In this document: piece by piece, positions 51,751 to 64,000 of the stretch | Layout of the letters: each line of letters starts with the position of its first letter | Position numbering within the stretch: position 1 is the stretch's first letter | Origin: Eledone cirrhosa | Lineage: Eukaryota | DNA length: 64,000 nt | Direction of reading: 5' to 3' | NCBI GenBank assembly: GCA_964016885.1 | Contig: OZ024740.1 | Span: 151,342,001-151,406,000 of the forward strand | Position numbers and translations under genes: made by a program | The notes under the pieces: model-generated | Database searches by the model: none | What the model saw: only the letters and a program-made list of their open reading frames with translations | What the model was told of the DNA's origin: nothing

Positions 51751-53486
51751 ATAATGTGTTTATAATATTGCTATTATTCTCAATTCGATGCTGCCAGCAA
51801 CTTTTCAGCTTATATTTATTCTCACAAATGTACACTTCCACTACACAATTCAACAAACACACCTCTACGACATACTTCCATAATATATCTCCACTACTTT
51901 CAGTTCCCATATCTCCTTCTTCCAAACATTTAACCCTTTACATTATTACTTTCCTACTAAGCAGCAGTCCATATTGTCATGCAGACTCTGAATATGTGCA
52001 TACACGTATGAATGGATATGTGTGGGCGTGTGGGGTTTTCATGTATAGTAACTATACTTTCTACAGAAAAATCAAACTGGATTTTCTTCTGGTCACCACT
52101 AAGGAAAATATCCACGCGAAACAATGGTATGTATTAAATAAATATATATATATATATATGTGTGTGTGTGTAGAATTATTATTCTCACATGCGACATGCA
52201 AAAATTCACTCTAACGTAGAAGTAGTTAAAATGTTTTCATTTGTGATTCTTTTTACATTTCACATGAAAGAGAACTTCTAAGTGATTTCTATGAAGCAGC
52301 CTGTTGATTTCGCTAGGTTTCAGTTGAATAGTCAAAATTTATGCCATCCAAGATGTTGTCGCAAATGAAAATTGCCATTGAATTTCTCCCAGAAAAAGCA
52401 ATACCTAGACATTACATTTTTGCTAGATAAAAATATAGTGTAGATCGCACAGAATGTGCGATAGGACAAATATTCTACCCATTTGAATGATAAAAAAAAA
52501 ATAAATACCGAAAGTTTATGTGACAGAATTCTGCAGAAACAATAATATCTACACATTAAATTTTGCAAGATAAAAATAAGTATAGTGCATGTCATATAAA
52601 ATATCTACTGCGGAACAAAAAAGTTTAGTAATTTGAAATGATAAAAAAGAAGCAAAAGTTTATATGCTGTAACAAGACTGAATAAAACTGGATTCAGAGG
52701 GTAATGTTGAAAACAGTATTCATTGTACACTATAATGTTTGGTAAAGAACACATTGTGAAATTGGGTAGACAGAAACGGTTTGGAAGCGTGACGAATGGA
52801 TTATACCTCTAATTCAAAAGGCCAGTCTTTTCACACATTGTGGCACATTGGATATCATAGAGAACTACATTAAGGATTCACGTGCCGGGGTATTGGTACA
52901 CGTTAATTTCAGGAGGAACTTGTACCGTTTTCTCAAACAACTGGAACACTCATTTTCGAAACCGTGGATAATATGATATTATGTAGGCTAAAACTCTTAA
53001 TGTCCTGACCCACACGAAACTTCAATAACAAAAGAGTACTATGATGGCATCACATTAAATATTAAGTGTTCACTCTAATGCTGAAAATGTTTACATCACT
53101 CTGACTATTTGTAAAGATGTTATAAACATTTGAATTAACGAACCAGCTTTGTTTTCTTTTAGATATGTTCTACTTAATCATTACAGGATGTTTAAATGAA
53201 TTATTAACGTGCCCAAATCTAAACGCGAGAAAACTGGTTAAATAAGGTTTGGTAAAAACAATAGTGTTAAAAGCAGTCACGTGATATGCGGGAGATGTGA
53301 TCACCTGGAGTATATGTGGTAAGGGACATTTATTGACAAGATAAAAGTAGAATATGTCACCTGACATTCAAACCAGGACAGGATTTTAAGCCATTTTTTT
53401 CGTGTCCACTTTCGAAAAAGAAGATCCACTATACACACACACATGGACATACACACATGGACACATACACACACGGACACACACGG

Positions 53487-53552
<66 letters not shown>

Positions 53553-53553
53553 G

Positions 53554-53652
53554 CAGGGTGTCCCAAAAATGTATACACACTTTGATTACCTGTACAGGCA
53601 ATATTTGTTAGAATGCTGTTGACATGTATATACATTTTTTGGGGACACCCTA
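53554..53652. mobile_element. Tc1/mariner-type MITE (~100 bp) in (TA)n
   Basis: TIRs cagggtgtcccaaaaatgtata / tatacattttttggggacaccct, with TA flanks. Confidence 0.8.
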
Positions 53653-55126
53653 TATATATATATATTTATATATACATATATTTATATATATTTATATATA
53701 TATCCAAAATTAATTTAATTAAATTAAATTAAGGGAGTCATGTCCGAGACATGCGCCATATCCACCGTAGAATAAGCTCAAAGATTCCAATGAATAGATC
53801 CGAGCATTTTATATCAACTGGAAATTGATTGGCCTATATATATATATATATATTTAAAATAAACACATGAAACAATCCCAGGGGATAATTTGTAAAGTGT
53901 GTAATCGCACATGCTTTATACCTCATTCTTTAAAATATATCAACATTTCGTATTTCTTTTGATTATATTTATGATCACTTTGGAACAAAAAGGGGTTATG
54001 ACGTTGAATGACGTTGCTTTTTCTGTTGATTTTTAATGTCTTTAACAAAAATTACAAGATTCATATACAACTAGCATTCTTCGTAATTCAAGATTTTAAG
54101 AGTCTTGTGTTTCTATAATCTTTTGATAGAAAATGTTCCGCAAAACATAATTTTAGTTTAAAACATGTCACAATAAACCGGACAATAATTTATAAAAGTA
54201 ATCCTGCGTAATTAAAGGAAAATTATAAATATTCCATCATACACTTTCAAGGAGTTGTTTTGTTTTTAAATATAAACAGTTAATAATTTGTTTTTATATA
54301 ATGGTTTTATACTTCCAAATATTCTGAGAAATCTAAGTAAATATATTTAAATAATATGATTCTCTTCGAAAACATGTACTCCCTTAGATGATTGCAGTAA
54401 ACTCGATTGCAATAAACCCTATTGTATATGTCGGAGTTATCTAACGTATCTCTCAAGAGTTACGTAATTTAAAGTTTTACTCGGTTGATTACTCATTTCC
54501 TTTCTGAACTGTTGTCTCCGACTTTTCTTTCAAACGGCAATATTTTCATGTATCAAATTACATTGTAGAAAAATTATTAATTACATTTTCTGTAGATTAG
54601 AAAGAAAGAGCTGTAATAAAAATAGCAATGCTAAATTCGCTCAAACTTATATGTTGGTCATTTTCTAAATATGATTTTGTTTAAGTGGTATTTTGTTAAC
54701 TGATGTCATCTATAGATTTTCCAGATTCGCCAGTTGTATGTTGTAAACATATGTAGATTAAATGGACCTCAGTCAGTTTCGACGATTAGTGTTCCAGTTG
54801 TACGGCCAAGAGAACATGCTTCTCATGAACTCGTAAATGACTAAGCATTCCAGAGACACATTCCACACAATAACATAGTTTTTAAGGAGATTCAGCCAGA
54901 CAGAGTATCTTAAAATGCCAATCATTTGAATTACATTATAATCCATCTGTTGGGCTTCCATACAATTTCCAATTACTTAATTTCACTCACAAGGTATTGG
55001 TTGATTTATGAATATAGTAAATCCAAAATTACATGATGCAGGATCGAACCCGGGATAATGATTTTAAATGTAACTTCTTAAACATTCAGCCATATAGCAT
55101 TTACCCATGTGCATAGACACATGATT

Positions 55127-55162
<36 letters not shown>

Positions 55163-55459
55163 TTAAATACACATACGTATATATATATACATACGTATGT
55201 GTATTTAAAGATTTATGTGGTTTCCTGAGGTTCTTGAAGCGATTTCCTTCTACATCCAGATTATATGTAGATTCTCTGCTTTAGCAAAAGCTAACATGGG
55301 TCGTTGCTACCAGCAATTAGTTGCATAACAGTCATCGCTTATTGCTTATCAAATGCGAATAACATATGACCAGTCTGCACACTGCTGTCTCTCTAACCGT
55401 GTTAAAAGTTACATGTCTACTTATACAGATATATTACGTACATATCAGTACACATATAT

Positions 55460-55719
<260 letters not shown>

Positions 55720-56555
55720 CACATTGTTTTATGCTGTATTGTACTATTGTTGTTCTCTTATTTACTAAAGAGCTTTTTCTATCATCCTTACTGTTTCTTA
55801 ACATGTTTATTTGCATTGTTCAGAATTACTGTTCCATGTTTTTAATCATCAAACATATTTATGTTCTTTAAGATATTACTAATCTCTACTTCAAGCCTTG
55901 AGATATATAACTGCCACCCATCTGCTCTATATAAACGATAAACTAATATAAATAATTATTCTTATTTGTTTCTGACATTTTAACATCAGTAACTCTATTT
56001 CTTGTCATTAGAATTATTTTAAAATATATTTGGTTTTAATGATCATTTTTATTACTTAAATGTTAAAGTGTATTTTCGTCACATTTACTTATTAAATTCA
56101 TCACTGCAGCTTGTTAAATATTTTGTGTTTATTTTGCTGGATTTATTAGTATATATTATTTTATGTAATTTTTTACTCAAAACTCATATTGAGTTTTATT
56201 TCATTTACAAACTTTATATTTTTGTACTCGATATCATCAAACGTAATCCAGAATTCGTCAACTACAGAACTGTTCAAACCTTTAACGTCGCGGATATCTG
56301 TTGCATAATGCAATACGAAATGGAGGTGGCGAACTTTCCAGGGAAAATAATGCTCAGAGTCGGATTTCAAAGTGTACGGTAGTGGCTTGTGCTTTGCTAA
56401 GCGGTTAATGCGTCCATATCATGTAAGATTCATTAGGCCACGAAATTATTGGTAGCCGACGATTCCTGATGGTTTCGTACGAATGTAAGAGTTCTAGTCC
56501 CGTAGAAATCATTTCTATACATGTAATAAAAATGCCTCTACTTTACCAATATAAT

Positions 56556-56740
56556 TGTTTCTACTTTAGGCACAAGGCCAGCAAATATCCAGTGCATTAC
56601 TGGTACTTTATTTTATCGACCCTGTAAGGATGAAAGGCAAAGTCAACCTCGGCGGGATTTGAACTCAGATGGTAAAGGGACGTAACTATGCTGGAAAGCA
56701 TGGCGTCCAACCCTCTACCGATACTGCCAATCCACCGCCT
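56556..56740 (-). mobile_element. tRNA-derived SINE, young copy with 18-bp TSD
   Basis: TSD ctactttaccaatataat at 56538-56555 and 56741-56758. Confidence 0.92.
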
Positions 56741-56803
56741 CTACTTTACCAATATAATGACTACCTTTTTAACTGTAGTTACCTCCCCCTCCGACACCTC
56801 AGG

Positions 56804-56982
<179 letters not shown>

Positions 56983-57010
56983 GTGTGTGTGTATATATTT
57001 GTGTGTGTGT

Positions 57011-57795
57011 GAAGGTGCATCAGAAATTGTGACAGTCCGGTTAAGAAATTCTTTTTAGGTTTACTGTGTTGTTGATGTTAGAGCTGACAAGCACCCGGTT
57101 TATATATCATTCAGGCTGTTTTCAAGAATATCTTAATGAGTTCACTCTGATGAAGGAAATTAATTCGTTTCTCGCATCATTGAGTGTATAGGGACTGCCT
57201 CAGACAAATCGGCTTTGTTGCCACGATACAAATACAACTTCGATGTAAGACGTGAAATAATTTTCTATTTAATTAATTTATTTATGAAAACTAGTTCGAG
57301 AGCTTAATTAGAGGTTGAGTGAATATCTCTTTGTTTTATTCATTCTTAGTATTCCCGCTTCGATTGTGCTCAATGGCCTTCTTCTATTAAGATCACGTGA
57401 TTTAACAATAATATAATGCGTGGCAGTATCTTAGTAACCCGATCGAAATCGAATATAAATTAGACGAATGACTGCTGGTGACATCATAGCCTGTTTGCAT
57501 TATGTAATGAGTGTCAGAGTTTGCAAATACCCATTCAAATTGTGTGACTGCACAACAGAAGGTGCATCAGAAACTATTACGGTCCGGGTAAGAAATTCAA
57601 TTCTCTTAGGTATTCGTTGTTGTTGCTGCTATATACGCCCGATCCCTCTTTTATTCATAGTGTTTCCCTCAAATATCTTATTGAGTACACTCTAGTGGAG
57701 CGAATTACTTCATTTTTGGCGCCATTGAGTGTATAGGGACTGCCTCAAATAATTCGATTTGTGTTAGCACGATGTTACTGCAACTTGGATACAAT
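57011..57795. repeat. Two diverged ~240-bp direct repeats (period ~548 bp)
   Basis: gaaggtgcatcagaaa...gtccgg.taagaaattc at 57011 and 57559. cattgagtgtatagggactgcctca occurs in both. Confidence 0.85.
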
Positions 57796-58997
57796 TTGAA
57801 ATTATATATGTATATATATAGCAAAAGTTTCTTAAATTATTATCCATATTTTCGTTATTACCTATTTCATTGTTATGGAGATGTGTAATGTTCTCCCAGG
57901 CTCACTGATGTGACGTTCAAGGTTATGTGACCCTATTATCAAGATATTATGGCTTTGACTGAAGCATACTGCACACCTAGCACTGGCATATACTGTATAT
58001 GTAAATATTAGTTGCCGTAGGCCAGTTACAGAGAAAATAGTAAGTATTAAAATGGAGTTAATTGAAATGGTTTAGTATATTCTCAGTATTTTCTTATTGT
58101 GTATTCAGGAATATGTTATGTTTTCATTTAGTATTGACGCCATAGCTGTTCGTTATTTTATTTGTACTTTTGGACAGAATATTGCTTCTCTGTTTTGAGA
58201 AATGTTCCCAATGGAAATATATTATATTAGGTTTTTAATATAATACTTTGCACAACTTCCTTGCTGTAGGTACATATTTAAAATACGGTTAAGTGAGATA
58301 CTAGTTTGATGTGTTTGCACAATAAGAATAGGGATAATCACTCCAACTGATAGGCTAATCATAGTCTATGCCAGCACAAATCATGTTTGAAGTTAGAAGA
58401 AATGTATGAGGTCGAACTAACATGAGATGATGTAGATGCCAATACCTTAGATAGGATTCATATGTCATTGTTTCAGAAACTGTAACAATCTATTTAGTTG
58501 ACATGGTTCATGTCACATACATTTATGGAGAAGGGGTATATGTATAATAAATACGCGCGCACACACACACGCACACGCACACGCACACGCACATATATAT
58601 AAATATAATACATAAAAACCTCATATATGCTTTGAAACGCACTTCTTTTATGAATCACGTTGCGTTAGCGCTAACTCAAATTAATTTTAGCAAGTCAAGC
58701 ACACACAATATGCAATTGAAAATCTCCAGCAGATGTACTTTACGTACACAGTATATAAGCTATAGCTTATTTTGTCACAGTACTGAATAATCATCACCAA
58801 TGACCGATAAATATCATAAAATACAAGCATGTTGCGTTACCAAACGGCTTCATGATCACATGGTCATGAATTAAAACATTCGTAAGCACCCCAATTATAA
58901 GATATATCAACATGAATGGACCTGTTATTTTTATCTAAAGACATTTTTTCCAATGCAACCCCGCCCATCCCTTCACTCTATCTTATTTCTCATTCTT

Positions 58998-59033
58998 TCT
59001 TCTGATGAATGACTAGCGTCCGAAACGTTAAGA
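58998..59033 (+). ncRNA. Minimal type I hammerhead (Penelope-type)
   Basis: tctt CTGATGA at gac tagc gtc c GAAA cg TT aaga. Palindromic AACGTT stem III. Confidence 0.75.
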
Positions 59034-59584
59034 CCCTCTTCCTGCTATTTCAAGCGTCGTTAATCTAATATATTCCTTCCATATACTGTACCGATTTTAT
59101 TGTTATTTCTGTTTACCTTTTACATACATACATACATACATACATGGTGGCTGCCAACTCGCTTTCGAGTACGGCCACTACTTTATATCCATGTAGGAGA
59201 ACCCCTACCGATGCGCTGAACGAGTGTGACTTTTTAGTCCAGCCAGCGACTTGAAAACTCTGGTACAAACGCTACACTTGTGACAATTATTGACACATAG
59301 TGCTGGGCCCATGGTACCATGTGACGAAAAGTGCAGAGAGATCTCCAGATATAAAGCAATGCCTGTGCCGTGAAGCTTTTATAGTGAGCAAAGGCACTGC
59401 ACAAAAACAGTCCCACTCTCTTAACCAAGATGATATTTACCAAAAAGAAGAACAAGTCAACATCATTGGATACCATCAGGGTTGCAGGTGTTATATCAGA
59501 GTTTTCCTTCTCCTAGAATTCTGCCTTGACAAAGGCTAAGGGGTCATCTCTACATATATACATACATACATACATACATACATA

Positions 59585-60105
59585 CAATTAACAACAAACG
59601 AGGAAGAATATATTGAGACAGATGGCACTAAGGAATACTGGTGGAACCTGAAAATAAAAACTGCCACCAAATTAAAGCACAACCGGCCTGATATTGTTGT
59701 TTGGGACCACACATTGAAAACGTGTTCTGTTGTGGAGATCAGCTGCCCATTTGATGTAAACGTTGTCAGAATAATACAGGAGAAGGAGGACATCTACGGA
59801 CCATTGATGAGGAGTTTACAAATCCAGTATCCAAGATACACCTTTAGCTTCATACCCATCATTATTGGAGCTACGGGTTATATACCAACCCGCTTGGACC
59901 AAAACATGGCTGAACATGGATTTGCGGACAAAGAGCGCAGCTCCCTAATTCATAGTCTACAGATGGCTGCGATAGCTGGCACCTTCAAAATGTGCAAAAC
60001 ATTCTTGCGATTCAAGGGATGACAATTTCTTTTCTTTTACAACCTTGCCACCAGGAAGGTGGCCGGTCAAAAAATATACTCGAAATTAAGAGAAAGAGAT
60101 AACTT
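59585..60105 (+). mobile_element. 3' fragment of an RLE-type non-LTR element (R4/Dong-like), flanked by (CATA)n; ORF ends 60022
   Basis: YWWNLKIKT..KHNRPDIVVWD..CSVVEISCP..EKEDIY..IPIIIGATG, a PD-(D/E)xK restriction-like endonuclease. Confidence 0.85.
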
Positions 60106-60694
60106 ACATAGATACATACATATATATATATACACACACATATATACGCCTGAATGTAATATGTGATAAAATATTCAATACATACAGCTGAGTTGATTCA
60201 TATGTTCGAAGCTGGAGTTTCCTTTGACTGCTATTAAAGCATGGACACCTGAACCTTAAGTAATGATGCAATACGTCCTTTCGTCGAATATATGATGTGA
60301 TCAGAGATAAAAATGTTTATAGCGAGACTTATATATATTTATTATATCTAATCATATCTTATATGTTTTCATATATGCCTCTGTACGTGCCATGCTATGT
60401 TAGTATTACTAGTAGTTAATACTACCCTGTGAAGTCAGCAATAATCATTAATGCGTATCGACCCTGATGTACCATATACAACATCTATATAAGCGATAGA
60501 TTATTTTGTTCCAGTACCGAGTGAGGAAACGCTACTTAAGATGAATAAAACTTCTTAAAAACTAGTGTTTGATTTCTAACACGGGTACTGAGGTAGCTAT
60601 TACATGGTCATAAAATACTCATAGCGAGAATTAGATAGTACTATTGTTTACAGATTTTACTTTAACAGATTTTCTCAGCTATTATTCATAAAGA

Positions 60695-60910
60695 TTTCTC
60701 GTATAGGCACAAGGCCAGTAATTTGGGGGGAGGGGAAATGGTCAAGTTGGGGAGAGGGTCAATTAAATCGACTCCAGTACGTTACTGGTGCTTTATTTTA
60801 ACGACCGCGTGAGGATGAAAGGCAAAGTTAACCTCGGCGGGATTTGAACTCAGACCGTGCTGCAAAGCATGCTGTCCGACCCTCTACCGATACTGCCAAT
60901 CAACCGCCTT
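60695..60910 (-). mobile_element. tRNA-derived SINE copy (long variant)
   Basis: Family consensus match. Confidence 0.83.
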
Positions 60911-61275
60911 GAAGCTATTATTCATAATGATTGGCTGGTTTTACAGGTATTTCTGCATAATTTTCAAAAGTAGATATATCTTTGTTTTAGCTTTCAACAT
61001 GTGTTCTCCTCTCACGGGCCAACACATTTCTACCCGATAAACCTAACAAGCTCTTTGATAAAAAAAGAGCCATGTGTGTAAAAATAAAAAAAAAAGTTGT
61101 GACCGGGAATCTTGTTTGCCCGTGATATATCACCATGAGTACAGTAACATTGACGTAATATACATAAACCACGTGTGTATCTGAGAGTGCATGTGTCTGC
61201 ATCTCAGTGTGTATTATCTGTGCGCGTGTGTCTGTCTTTTTTTTTTATAATTTGTTTAATGTATATATGTGTTTG

Positions 61276-61316
<41 letters not shown>

Positions 61317-61383
61317 AGAGAGAGGGGGGCGATTAAATAGCTCGAAGGCCATATGTAGTTGTATTTAGGATTATTTTTATCTC

Positions 61384-61461
61384 CCAGATACATATTTCGC
61401 TGGGGTCTACGGCTAGATAGTTTTCATCTACCAATTCCGATAGCCTGAGCTCGTCAGCTGG
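61384..61461 (-). ncRNA. Near-canonical type I hammerhead with branched/extended stem II
   Basis: ccag CTGACGA gct..ggcta..tagcc..agc GAAA tatgta TC tgg. Stem I is off register by 1 nt. Confidence 0.6.
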
Positions 61462-61496
61462 TATAACAATCTCGCAAAACTTAAAGAACTTTAAAA

Positions 61497-61593
61497 TATT
61501 GTTTCTAGTTTGGGCACAAGGTTCATTACTGGTACTTTATTTTATCGACCCCGTAATGATGATAAGCAAAGTTAACCTCGGCGGGATTTGAAC
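61497..61593 (-). mobile_element. Truncated SINE
   Basis: 3' half of the family consensus. Confidence 0.78.
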
Positions 61594-62242
61594 TAAAAAA
61601 TATAAAAAAATCTTCTCAAAAAAATTAAAAAATTTTCCTCGAAATTTTTTTCCGTTACGTGATACAGTGGACGACAGAATCTGTTGATGTTGTTCCTATG
61701 GCAGACGGCCCTGTATGACCCCTGATGCTGTCACTGAAGTGTACGTCTGTCCCTGCTTCGCGTCAGTACCTCTAAAAATGTCAAAAATAGCAAGGCATCT
61801 TTGAAGGAACGAATTCTCTGCAAGTATCCCATCCCCTTCCTATCTACTTGGCAGTGGTTGTTATAGTTGTGACTGCCACCTCGTACCATACCAGTAGACT
61901 CGTTTGTCTGCAACACCACCACATCATTAAGGGTATGGAGGGAAGGAGGAGATAACTATGAATGAGGGGTTGGAATATTATAACCGAAAACGAGAAGTAA
62001 ACAGAATAAATTATATTAAAATTAAATGTAAAATAGGTAACACTATATCTTAACAATAAAATAAAGTATATAACGAATATAACGTAATTGTTATATAGTT
62101 ACATCCAGAAGTCCATATCCAATGCGAGGAGATTCATGCATTCGATGAGTGGACCGCCAGAGTGAAATCTTTGGATATGTAGGGAATAGCCGGGTGTAGG
62201 GTGTGGACAGTAGGAATATTTGCTGTAGCTTGCATTATAAAG

Positions 62243-62423
62243 ATTGTCAGTATCGGTAGAGAGTCGGACACCATGCTTTGAAGCATAGTGTTACGTCCCT
62301 TTATGATCTGAGTTCAAATCCAGCCGAGGTTAACTTTGCCTTTCATCCTTACGGAGTCGATAAAATAAAGTACCAGTAATGTACTGTATAATTGCTGGCC
62401 TTGTACCAAAAATAGAAACAATT
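62243..62423 (+). mobile_element. tRNA-derived SINE copy
   Basis: Family consensus match. Confidence 0.85.
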
Positions 62424-62654
62424 ATAAAGCGATGAAAGCGATCGATATCTCTGGACCAACTTGTCTCACCGGTAAGAAGCTATTAGGGGGTTGAGTAAAC
62501 ATATAAATAGTTTAGGTTGACCCAGGGTAAATTAAAATAAATATAAGAATGAAACACGAAATAAATTAGTGATAAAGTAAATTATGGTCACAAACGTACA
62601 GTATAAGAGAAACAGCATGGTATAAATAAACACTATACAAGGTATAAGAAATAT

Positions 62655-64000
62655 ATGTTTCTTTTATTTGCCACCAGGGCATCAAAAGTGGGACAAGTAC
62701 AATGGGGGGAGTTTACAAAACAAGGCGTCCTCAATAGGGAGGAGGCAATAACAATATATAAAAAAAATAAAATATAACAAAAAATAGAATTATAACAAAA
62801 TCCTCAATAGAGGATTTTGTTATAAAATATAACAAAAAATAAAATTTATAACAAAATCCTCAATAGAGAGGAGGCGCCTTGGGGGGTCGCACACACCCCG
62901 AAAAAAGTGTGCAACCCTTTTCCTCAGGAGCACAGAGAGGGGGTGCTCCCTCGTTCCTTCCTCTTTTCCACCTACAGGCTTATGTAAAGAGAAGGCCCAT
63001 TCACACGGGCCATTCTCGCTACTTTCACCCACCTTTCATAAAAACGACTGGGGTGGAGCACCTCTCTCTCCATCCTGATCCTTCTTCCGAAATGATATCG
63101 GAAGAAACGGACCAGTTGTTGGCCAGAGAGAAAGGTGCCTGACCTCAGTCCTTTCAGACGCGTCCACCATACAACTTCTTTCACCATGGCTATTACGCAC
63201 AGAAACACCGCCTCTCCTTCATCTTTGAAGGGGGGAGGCGGCTTGATTATTACAATAGACTCGGTGGTCAACCGGATCGGTCCCACCCTTGACAGCAGTT
63301 GTTCGACATGGCCCCACAGATCGGCTACGCCCGAGCAGTGTACCAATGCGTGTGCAACGGTTTCCTCGTCGCACACGCATCTGGGACAGATCTTTTTGGC
63401 GGGGTGTCTGTAGAGCTTTTCTCGAACGGGTAGAGCCCCTCGGTAGCACTGCCAGGCCAGGGACTTCTGGAAGTTGTCCATAGGTCCTGGGCTGAATGTC
63501 CTACCGAACAGGCTGGCCAGTTCGTCCTCCTCCATGTCTAGGGCTTCTCCGAGGGCGTCGTCGCACCTGCTGCGTACCAGCCCTCTATAGAATGTTGCGG
63601 TGGAGTCTCCACTGATAACCGGATCCGCCTGCCAGAGGGCGGTGAGCGCCTGGGCACACTCAGTGTGCCAGGCGCCCAGTTTTTTCGGTCTTTGCTTGAC
63701 CCAGGATTGCAGCTCGGTGAGTGAGACGAGTCTGGGAAAGGTTCGTCTCACAAACGAGGCCCACACCGGTTGACCGGTGAGGAATACGTAGAGGTGCCGT
63801 AGCCTTAATGCGTGTTTACGCATCATTAGCCACGGCATCCCCAGCCCTCCTTTCGAAGGGTGTTGACAGCAGATGGATCTCCTCACCATAGGAGCCCGCC
63901 TCTTCCAAAGGAATTGGAAGAGCGCGCGCTCCATCTTGGTGAGGGTTTCCCTTGGGCAGGGCACTACGGTCAGGCGGTAGTAGATGACGGACGCTATATA
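62655..64000 (-). mobile_element. Tx1 LINE copy E, 3' portion (continues beyond right edge)
   Basis: Conserved 3' end tgtaaactcccc..tgtccc..gccctggtggcaaataaa. Uninterrupted ORF2 C-terminus. Confidence 0.92.
62972..64000 (-). CDS. Tx1 ORF2 C-terminal region (open frame, Zn-binding domain)
   Basis: FQFLWK..GGLGMPWL..LAWQCYRGALPV..CPRC..ETVAHAL..C. No stops over ~340 codons. Confidence 0.88.
   Translation of the reverse strand, partial: YIASVIYYRLTVVPCPRETLTKMERALFQFLWKRRAPMVRRSICCQHPSKGGLGMPWLMMRKHALRLRHLYVFLTGQPVWASFVRRTFPRLVSLTELQSWVKQRPKKLGAWHTECAQALTALWQADPVISGDSTATFYRGLVRSRCDDALGEALDMEEDELASLFGRTFSPGPMDNFQKSLAWQCYRGALPVREKLYRHPAKKICPRCVCDEETVAHALVHCSGVADLWGHVEQLLSRVGPIRLTTESIVIIKPPPPFKDEGEAVFLCVIAMVKEVVWWTRLKGLRSGTFLSGQQLVRFFRYHFGRRIRMEREVLHPSRFYERWVKVARMARVNGPSLYISL

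Noticed and set aside
56173-56420. Possible host exon (open frames on both strands in GC-richer sequence)
   Set aside because: No recognisable domain or convincing splice-site pair; needs RNA-seq or homology.
61660-61830. Possible Cys-rich C-terminus of a decayed DNA-transposon protein
   Set aside because: Requires multiple assumed frameshifts; no TIRs found.

Overview
Eukaryotic, AT-rich, microsatellite-dense DNA with no host gene I can recognise. The SINE family and repeat landscape suggest a cephalopod such as Octopus (inference). The window is almost entirely retroelements. It holds five large L1/Tx1-clade LINE copies plus fragments, including a head-to-tail cluster at 38.7-50 kb, and three Penelope-like elements (RT + GIY-YIG) embedded in (TA)n. 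There are also RTE and RLE-type LINE 3' fragments, about 13 tRNA-derived SINE copies, a deleted mariner and two MITEs. The most striking hidden signal is a set of type I hammerhead ribozyme (HHR) motifs read by eye: about 10 near-canonical and several degenerate. Four lie in a near-perfect, ORF-less 457-bp tandem array (20851-22439) that resembles a retrozyme able to generate circular RNA. This array is nested between ~585-bp inverted repeats that each carry a second HHR with a very long stem II. All folds and alignments were done manually and need computational and biochemical confirmation.
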